The notes beneath the pieces are model-generated. The model was given only the letters and a program-made list of their open reading frames with translations. It was not told the origin of the DNA and searched no databases. Source: the human T2T-CHM13v2.0 reference genome, Homo sapiens. Taken from it: a DNA stretch of 64,000 bases. The stretch's first letter is position 1, and each line of letters begins with the position of its first letter. The translations under genes and the position numbers were made by a program. Below are positions 55,676-64,000 of this stretch, piece after piece. The stretch lies in assembly GCF_009914755.1 (NCBI RefSeq), contig NC_060928.1; one strand, given 5' to 3'.

Positions 55676-55719
<44 letters not shown>
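55676..55719. repeat. (AC)22 microsatellite in LEF1 intron 1
   Basis: Perfect run, 160 nt from the exon 1 donor. Confidence 0.97.
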
Positions 55720-55722
<3 letters not shown>

Positions 55723-55878
55723 GGACCGGGGGCCCAGCTACGCACACACCCCAAAACAAACGAGGGATCTACTCGGGACCCTCAGCCGGGCGGCCGGGCG
55801 CCTTCGTTCCCTTCCTCCCTCTCTGAGTTTCCCAGGGACCCGCCACGCCTCTCGGAACTGGGGCAGCGGCCCGCTCAC

Positions 55879-56091
55879 CTCGTGTCCGTTGCTGGCCGGG
55901 ATGATTTCAGACTCGTTCACCAAGGAAGACTTGATGTCAGCTAAATCGCCTTCCTCTTCGGGATGACTGATCTCGGCGAAGATCTTTTCCTTCTGAGGAT
56001 CGCCCTCGTCCTTGAAGGGGATCATCTCGTCCGTGGCGCAGAGTTCCGGGTCCCCCCCGCCGCCGCCACCTCCTCCGGAGAGTTGGGGCAT
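55879..56091 (-). CDS. LEF1: LEF1 coding exon 1 (aa 1-71; poly-Gly and beta-catenin-binding domain)
   Basis: Translates MPQLSGGGGGGGGDPELCATDEMIPFKDEGDPQKEKIFAEISHPEEEGDLADIKSSLVNESEIIPASNGHE, the LEF1 N-terminus with the TCF/LEF DEMIPFKDEG and DLADIKSSLVNESE motifs; ATG at 56091; ends at donor GAG|GTGAGC; 213 nt, phase 0. Confidence 0.99.
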
Positions 56092-57280
56092 CCCGGCGGC
56101 TCTGTAATCTCCGCTCCGCTGTGGGAGCACCCGCGCAACAGCAGGAAAGACAGAGGGGTAACTCAAGGGTGGGGGAGGAAAGGAGAGTTGGAAGGGTTCG
56201 TGCAGCAGGACAGCGGGCGGAAGCGGGGCGGGCGAGCGCGGGGCCGCCGGCCGGCAGCCGGAGCAGCTGCCGCGGCGCCCGAATCCCGGCGGCCGCCGCG
56301 CTTTCCCGCTTCGCGGAGACCGACGCAGGCGCCCGCCCCCGAGGCCGAAGGGCACTGGGCGGCGAGGGCTGCGGTAGCTGGCGACTCCGGGGGCGTCTGC
56401 GCGGCGCGCGCTAGACGAGGCTGCCCCGGCGGCCACCCCGCGACCCCGCGTCGCCGGGATTTGCGCGCGGAGAACGCCGGTTCTGGAGGGAGCACGCCTC
56501 CCCAAAGTGCAGAGGAGGGTCCGGCGGCGCGTCTCCGCGGAAACCCTCTCCACTGTAGTTACCCCGGATGCCGACTTAGTAGTTTGTTTTCCGAGAAAAG
56601 AGAGGGGATCTGGGCAGAAGGGCCCCGTTTGCCCCAAAAGAAGGTGCAAGGATCAGAAGATAACGAAACGTCCACTTCCTGAAGGGTGGGAAAAAAAGAA
56701 AAAGAAAAAGGAGCCACCCACGCTGGAGATGTCCGTTTTAGATCTTCTTATTTTCTTCCCTTTCGCTTCGGTTTTTCTTCTCGAGGCTCATTTAATCTGC
56801 TAGAGAAGGAGGAGGAGCAGAAGATGGGGGCCGAGGAGGAGGGGAAGAGAAAGAGAAGTTTGCCAAGAATAAAGTTTTTGCCGGCAAGCGCGGGGACTCC
56901 GCAGTGGAGGGCACTGCGGAGTCTCGGGGAGTCACAGCGGGGGCCTCGGGCCCAAATGCCTCTGCCCGGAGCTCGAGCCGACACACACACTCAGTCCGAC
57001 CCCTCTTTGTTCCCGGCTCGAGTTTCTCAGCCTGGCTCGCCGGCTCGCCGCTCTGCACGCCTCCGCCGGCCAGCTCTGTCAAAGCAAAGAGCTGCGCCCC
57101 TTGAGTTCGCCCGGCCGAGGGGAGGGGACGCCCCGAGCTTGGCCGCGTGCGAGGCTCCGGGCGCGTCCTGGTTCCTCGGCCCGAGAGCGCGCAGCCCGGG
57201 TCCCTCCTCCGCGCCCTGCCCCGCAGGTGAGCGGCTGCGCCTCCCCACTGCTTCTCCTCCTCCCGCGCCTCGCCGGCGCT
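56092..57280 (-). other. LEF1: LEF1 long GC-rich 5' UTR (about 1.2 kb, reported IRES activity); upstream end approximate
   Basis: Contiguous GC-rich sequence upstream of the ATG with only one upstream ATG (56791). Length and IRES are established knowledge; the exact start site cannot be read from sequence. Confidence 0.75.
57005..57090. promoter_or_regulatory. TCF/LEF (Wnt response) sites in the 5' UTR region of P1
   Basis: CTTTGTT at 57005-57011 and GTCAAAGCAAAGA at 57078-57090; consistent with the known downstream Wnt-response elements of the LEF1 promoter. Confidence 0.65.
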
Positions 57281-59739
57281 GAAAAGCTACCCACTTGCGT
57301 CGCTTCTCCTCCCTCTCCCCTCCCCCGCCTCTAGCTCTCCTTGGCTGCCCGCTGGAGGGGAGGCGGGGGGTGAGGGGGAGTCGGCGAGAAGGAGGTGGTG
57401 ATTGAGGGCTTTTTTTTCTTTTTCTTTTCCCAGATCCTGTAGGACGAGTCTTGGTTTTGGGGTGTGTGAGTGTGGTGTGTGCGCGCGCGCCTGGAGGGAA
57501 GGATCAGGCAACTTGGCGAGAGAAGGAAGGACCGGGCGCTGCTTATAACCCACCGAAAGGCACGCTTTGCCCGCGTGAAACTGACAAGAAACATTGCCGC
57601 AGTGGCTTGACTTCATCATCTAAGTATCTATTTACTTGGCCCCCACCCACCCACTCCTTTTCCTCTGCCAGTCTCTCCCCTACCTCCTTGACGCCTCCCA
57701 CTCTCCCTCCCTGGCTCTGGCAGAGGGAGGAAGATGAAAGAGAAAGCCGCTGCCGCTGTGATGGACACCACATTGATAGATGCTCTGACAGTGGGGAGAG
57801 GCGGGAATCTGGGACTGAGAAAAAAAGGAAAAGGGGAAAATATAACAGACATTGCTCAACTATTAAGAGAGAACAGAAGGACAAGGAAAAGAGAGTTGTA
57901 GCTTTCCCGAATATAATATCACACACACGCTCTTTGGAGACAAGGGAACACACTAGTGAAAATAAAATCTCTAGGCTTACGGAGAAAAAATATGACGAGG
58001 AAGAAGGAACTGAAGACTAGATTTTAATTATTGCTTTTTAAACAATATATCTTTCATTCTGTTCTCACCACGGGATGTACGGAGAGTTGTGCTAGGTCTC
58101 CAGTGGGTTTTCAGAGACACACACCGCAGTGTGTGGGAACCTCATCGAGAATGAAAAGATAATCCAAGAAGGGGGAAGAGAAGGCAAAAGGACTCAGGAG
58201 AGCAAAGCCAGAAGAGGGAGGGAGGACGGGGTAGTCCCTGGCACCTTGGACTGCGAACTGAAAGGGACCCTTGAAGACACCAATCCGAATACAACCTCAA
58301 AAATTCCCCAGTCTCCACTGTCTCTTTGATGAATTTTGTACAAAGACAGGAGTTTTCAGGAGATACTTTGTGAAAGTTACAGCAGAAGGGAAGCTGAAGT
58401 TTGAAAACACATTACATTTTGTCCCTTGGTTCTCAAACCCCCTCAGTTAAAAATCTAGGCAAAATTATTATATCCAATACAGTAACCATCTGTAAAACTT
58501 CAGAACAGTAAACAAAGGACATAAAGAAATGTATCTTCATCTCCCTTAAATCGAAAACAAGCAAAACACTACAGAATCAGATTTTGCTCCATTATATAGG
58601 AATTGTCTGGCAAAGATCCCTCTTTTTTTCCTAAAGGTGAAATTTCAGGCTGCTGAACATTGAATGGGTAAAGATTTTTACAATGCTGTATCTAAGTGAG
58701 CACTAATGACTTCACCTACTAATAACGACTACTTCTTGGGAATAAGAATTTACTAGGAAGCAATTTTTAAAACTTTACAAAGGATCCAATTGGTCCCTAC
58801 AACATGGCCAGTAGTCACATGTAAATTCTATCTGGAAGATTGGGGTGAAATTAAGGGGTTGGTGAAGGAATCCAGGAAAATTAAAACATTAAATCCATTT
58901 TTAATAGCTGACAATGCTATGCCTCAAGAGAAGAAAAAGAGTATATTCTGCTACAGTGTGTGAGAAACCCAATTTTTGTTTTTGGATGATGGTGGTATGT
59001 CACTTCCCTTAAAGTTAGGCACCAGTGTGAGTAGTGTCCCAGAGAGGTGAACGTGTAGCTGTGTCAGACATTTATAGCCCCATTCTTAAAAGACACATGG
59101 GAAAACAGTCAAAAGTCCTCCCATAACTGCACCAATTTGACCAATAGGAAAACAAGTGGAAAATGCAGTTTCACCAAAGCAGAGTAGAGGTTCCTTTTCA
59201 TCAAACCCTCAGGAGGGGGAGGGGAGAACACAGAATGGCCAGGGGGTACTTTCTGGAAGCCGAAGAGAGATTAAATGATGACTCTTACATCCCCCCCGCT
59301 GTTTAAGTGCTGAAACTAATTCAGATCCCACTTTCTCCTTCATGTTAACTCTGGATTCCCCGAGTAATTTGGAGCCTATGCTCCAGGTTTCCTGAAGATT
59401 AGAAGCTCAAGAAGATGGGAATTTTTAGAACAATAACTAGGGGAAACTGTTTACTTGAAGGGCCAAGGGTAGGGGGCTGCGTTTGGTATTTTACTGAGAC
59501 CCCGTCCATTGAAAACATTGTTTCTAACGAAATCACCCAGCACCTTGCTCTATTTGCGTGGCTGTTTTCCTTACAGTGGTGTAACTTGTGTTAGCTGATT
59601 GTCTTTAGGATTGTTGTAAATCTTCTGATGAGCAGCACTTAGAAGGGGCTTTAGTAAAAACCATGCGCCCCAAATTTCTAAAGCTTCGTTTGGGAGAGAG
59701 GTTGACATTTGCACATGAAGTCTGTCTTTTGGAAACAGC

Positions 59740-61740
59740 AGGAGGACGCAGGAGGGGCGAAGTAACCCCGGGAAGACGTTCTTCCCCCTCCCTTACGGAT
59801 TCAGTGTAGTTCCTGGCATAAGCAATTCTGTCACCGGGCGGTCTTTTCTAATTCGTGTGGGGGCTGATATTAACATAAGCAGCCGCCTCTTCGGGTGCGA
59901 GTGGGATCCCAGGTCCGGGATGTGGTGGGTGCGGTGCGGGAGAGGCACCCGCCGCCCCCTTCACTCGGATGTTAGAGGCAAGTTGTTCGTGTGAACTCGA
60001 GCGAACGACTGGAGGTTGGCTGTTGTAGGTTCACTCCTTCAGGATGTGGGTTTCAGGGGGCGTTTTGATGTGATTTAATTCCGACCGTGAAAACAATTGC
60101 TAGGGGCTGGCTGGATTGCTGTTGGTTTTTCCCCTCCTGGTGGCTTTGCTTGGTTTGGGTTTAGTTTGGGAACAAACTTGTTTTATATCAACACTTCCTT
60201 CTACATCGGGCGCCGTCGCCTCAACTGCGCGTGGGGGGCGAGGCGCCCACCCCGCACAAGAACAGAGGAGCGGGGGAGAAGAGACGGCCTCGCTGCTCAC
60301 TGGGTAAGCGGAGCCCAGCCCCGCTCGGGAGCGGGCAGGAGAGACAGGGTAGTGACCCCCACTCACACCAGAAAACCCCTCCCCCCGGCGATTTTGCTGC
60401 CAACTCGAGTCGGCTACAGACAGTCCAGTGAGTCCTTAATTACAAGGACGAGAGAAAAGCACGGTGCCCCTCGAGTCCTCTCCGCCCCCTCGGTCCTAAC
60501 CCCCGCCCAGGCTCCAGGTCTTCCCCTTTGTGTGGCCTGGACTCTCTCCCAGCTACGACTTTGGTGGGATCCAAAAGGAAGGAGGTGGCGGGGCCTACGG
60601 AAGAGGATACCCAGGAGCCAGGGAGAAGGGCTAGAAAACGAATAATGTGACTCCAGAGGCGGAACCCCGACCCCCTCTATTTCCCACCCCGGCTTCACCC
60701 GGAGACGAAAGCTGTGGGCATCTTCAGTTTAACGGACTTCGCGGAAAAGGAGAGAAGGGGGGCGAGGGAAATGGCAGTTTGTGTCCCAGGGGTTCTTCCC
60801 CTTCTTCTTGCCGCCTCCTAAAGACAAACAAACTCAACCCCCCACCCTCCGGGGTATCAGGGAACTCGTGGGACCGTGAAAAAGTCGTTCCCAAATCCGG
60901 CCGCCTGCGGACGTCGGACTTCCGCGGGGCCGGCGCCCGTTGGCGTCTGTAGCTCGGCGCAGCCACGCGGGGCTCCAGCGAGCGGGGTCCGCCACCCCTC
61001 GCGCCCTCCTGCGGCTTTCCCAGCGCTGGGCCAGTGCAGGCCGAGCCCTGCGTCCCTGCCTCGCTGGGTGGGGGTCCGGGGCGCGGCTGTCCACAGGGCC
61101 GCCTCCTCCTGCGGCCCGCGGGGAAGGGGCGCATCCCACCCCGCTCTGCAGGCCGCCCTTCTGCCAGCTGGGAGGCGAGGGCACACGTCCTAAGGCTGCC
61201 CAAGGGGGAGAGGAATCGCGCCGGTAGGAGAGCGCACGGGAACCAGGAACGCAAGGCGGGCACAGGGGAGCCGAAGGAGCCAGACAGGGCCCGGCCACGC
61301 GCCCTCCTCGCTCGGCTGCGCTCCGTGACGGGAACCCAGGCTCCCACGCACGGGGAATGCCTAGAACGGAGCTAGAATGGAGGTGGGAGCTGGAGTCATT
61401 TTGCGGGCCACGGGACTGCTCATTTCGTGGGCAGGACGTGACATTCTTGTCCCTCCTTTCTGAAAAACTTTTCTCAGGCGCCTGAACTTGGCATGGGGAC
61501 CGGCCTCGAAAAGCCGGCGGGTAGCACGGCCGCGGTATCCAACCCTTCGCCCTCCTTCCCACCGGCCCTCCGCGTCCCTCGGCCCGCCCCCCGGGTCGGG
61601 GACGCGCGCGGAAAGGCCGCTCGCGCGCTCGAGCCGTGCCTTATATCGGCTGAGGGAGGCGCCTGCGCACGGCCCCGCGCGGCGGCGCGGCCTTTGAAGT
61701 CGCGGCGGCTGCCGCTTTCATCCTTTCTTTTTTCCCTCGC
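59740..61740. promoter_or_regulatory. Upstream CpG island; probable LEF1-AS1 promoter region
   Basis: Second GC/CpG-rich block separated from the first by about 2 kb of AT-rich DNA; contains a plus-strand donor TGG|GTAAGC at 60303/60304. Confidence 0.85.
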
Positions 61741-61742
61741 AG

Positions 61743-61843
61743 GCCCCTTTGTGTGACTAAATTTGGCAAGAATATGGATCTGAGCCAGTCTTTCCACGTG
61801 TGCTCCCAGCTCCCAGCTGAGAAGGCCAAGGGTTCTCTTCCGG
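61743..61843 (+). ncRNA. LEF1-AS1: Probable internal exon of antisense/divergent lncRNA LEF1-AS1 (101 nt)
   Basis: Strong acceptor CCTTTCTTTTTTCCCTCGCAG|G at 61742/61743 and donor CGG|GTAAGG at 61843/61844; position and strand fit LEF1-AS1. Full transcript structure not derivable here. Confidence 0.7.
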
Positions 61844-62544
61844 GTAAGGAGACAGGGAGAAAGATCAAAGAGTTTGGGGAGCTGGATCTGAAATGTGAAT
61901 TGAAAATAAAAATCAAGCCTGGACACATTCCAGTTTCTAAAGCAAAACCAACCCTCAGCAGAGGCCGGCTCTCTATATAGCTCTCTTTCTTTCTCTCTCT
62001 GCTCCCTTTGACTCTTTTCTGTGACCATTCTTGAGCACATGGTATAAAATAAAGAGAACATAGGGAAACAGTTTCTCTATATTTCGTTTTGGAGTAATTT
62101 TATTAGGGAAAATATCTTGTTCATAATTACCGGTATGTGAAGCCGAATTTCCTTAGCCGTAAATACTGTCTTATTTCAGCATGCTTCGCACTTTCTTCTG
62201 CGGCCACATTTGGGAAGAGAACGTTGACACAACACGTGTGGATATGTTCGTTGTGTATAGTGGTCCTTTTTTTCTACACATGATATGGTGCACCGTATAG
62301 TTTTCTTTCACAGAAGTTAGATTCTGGAAAACCAATGTTAGTATTTTTATCAAAGTACTTACTGTCACAGTTGATCTCTGTGATTTGAAACCCTCTCGTC
62401 GATAGACTGCAGAGATCTTTTCCTAGAGGCCACTCACCAGTCAGAAACCTTTGTGTTTTTATGGTTAAAAAACTGTAGGTCCCTTCACTTCTGTTGTTAA
62501 TGGAAGTAACTAAAAGAAAGAGACAGCTTTGAAATACTGTGATA

Positions 62545-62730
62545 CGAAGAGTCAGAAATCCTGGGTTGGAGATGGGCCCTGCCACTCCCTCTCATGCCAT
62601 TGGTAACCTTAGGCAAGCCATTTTAACCTCTCCCAGAGTCTGTTTCCTCTCTGAAAAAATGGATATAATAATACCGTACTATTAAGTGAGATAATGCATA
62701 TGAAAGTATGTACAAATGTGAGGTATTATT
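62545..62730 (+). mobile_element. MIR SINE
   Basis: GAGTCAGAAATCCTGGGTTG...ACCTTAGGCAAGCC...TGTTTCCTCTCTGAAAAAATGGATATAATAATAC. Confidence 0.8.
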
Positions 62731-63475
62731 AGTCCATGAAGCAAAGACGATCCTTTTAAGGGGACCTGTTAAGTTGCAAAACCAAAAACTTCTGAAGCTC
62801 TAGAAACCCTTACCACAGGAGCAAATGGGGACAGTGTTACGCTCTCGCGTCCATGCTATGACCATCTCCACGCCTCCATCAGTTGTGTTACAAAGGCCAC
62901 CAAAATCACTGAAGCAGTTGTTACCCCCAAGTGAGTGTGATGAGAGAACATTTTCAGAACAGGGTGAATGTGCCTTAACTCGTGTTTATGTTGGGCTCTT
63001 AATGAATTCATAAATGAATGAAGAAAATAACACTGAAAACAATATCTTCTTGTGAGACATTTAACACACATTACAGCAGCTCTGAAAACAGTCTTAGTAT
63101 AATGGCTTGAGAAAGCAGTAATGTTTATGTGGATAAAATACCCCCAACAACAGTTGTAAGGACTCACAGGTGGGGAGAGTGACTAGAAAGGTATATAAGA
63201 GTTGTTTCTTGGGACTGTGTGAGTGCCACAAAAATCTATGTTTTAGAATAGACTGTGATTATGTATCCCAGACAGAGGTATCTCAAGTTTACAATGCAGT
63301 AAAGATTATTGCTAGGGCTGGCTGGGAAGTGACAGGAGTACCACAGGTGTAGTGCATAGGGCATTTAGCTGAATGTACCTCAGTGTGATCCTTTCTAACC
63401 TAAGGTAACCCCACCAAGGGAGCCATTTCCTGGGCTCATTGGGAGCCATTTTCCAATATAAGCTTTTCAGTGTGA

Positions 63476-64000
<525 letters not shown>

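Larger units (their letters stand above)
54880..57620. promoter_or_regulatory. LEF1: CpG island over LEF1 main promoter (P1), exon 1 and 5' intron 1
   Basis: Very high GC and CpG density against AT-rich flanks; multiple GC boxes; boundaries judged by eye. Confidence 0.92.

Noticed and set aside
55738-55878. C-terminal part of the 303-aa ORF (VSGPLPQF...)
   Set aside because: Read-through into intron 1 beyond the GTGAGC donor; not LEF1 protein.
57451-58020. 189-aa charged ORF upstream of LEF1
   Set aside because: Lys/Glu/Arg richness reflects a purine-rich promoter tract; non-ATG start; no homology recognised.
60097-62061. Long ORFs of 182-242 aa in the upstream CpG island
   Set aside because: Stop-poor GC-rich DNA open in many frames on both strands; no domains.

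Overview
Human (primate) genomic DNA holding the 5' part of LEF1 (lymphoid enhancer-binding factor 1, the TCF/LEF Wnt effector) on the minus strand. Coding exons 1-3 are at 55879-56091, 53421-53487 and 51892-52025; they splice in frame with canonical GT/AG ends and give residues 1-138, including the beta-catenin-binding N-terminus. Positions 1-51891 are part of the very large intron 3; exon 4 onward lies outside the window. Also present: an alternative first coding mini-exon (Met-Ala-Glu) in intron 1, a TATA-box internal promoter just before exon 3 (dominant-negative isoform from Met116), a long GC-rich 5' UTR, two CpG islands, and plus-strand splice signals matching LEF1-AS1. Intron 3 is a mosaic of Alu, MIR, L1, L2, L3/CR1 and hAT/Tigger remnants plus microsatellites. 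I found no novel gene system; almost all ORFs in the track are noise. The best leads are clustered or palindromic TCF/LEF sites suggesting distributed autoregulation, a stop-free in-frame 5' extension of exon 1, a very young AluYh-like insertion with an A-to-G bias, a 31-bp templated copy patched into a MIR, and a triple-hairpin cluster. Repeat subfamily names come from remembered consensus sequences and most repeat boundaries are approximate; no searches were run.
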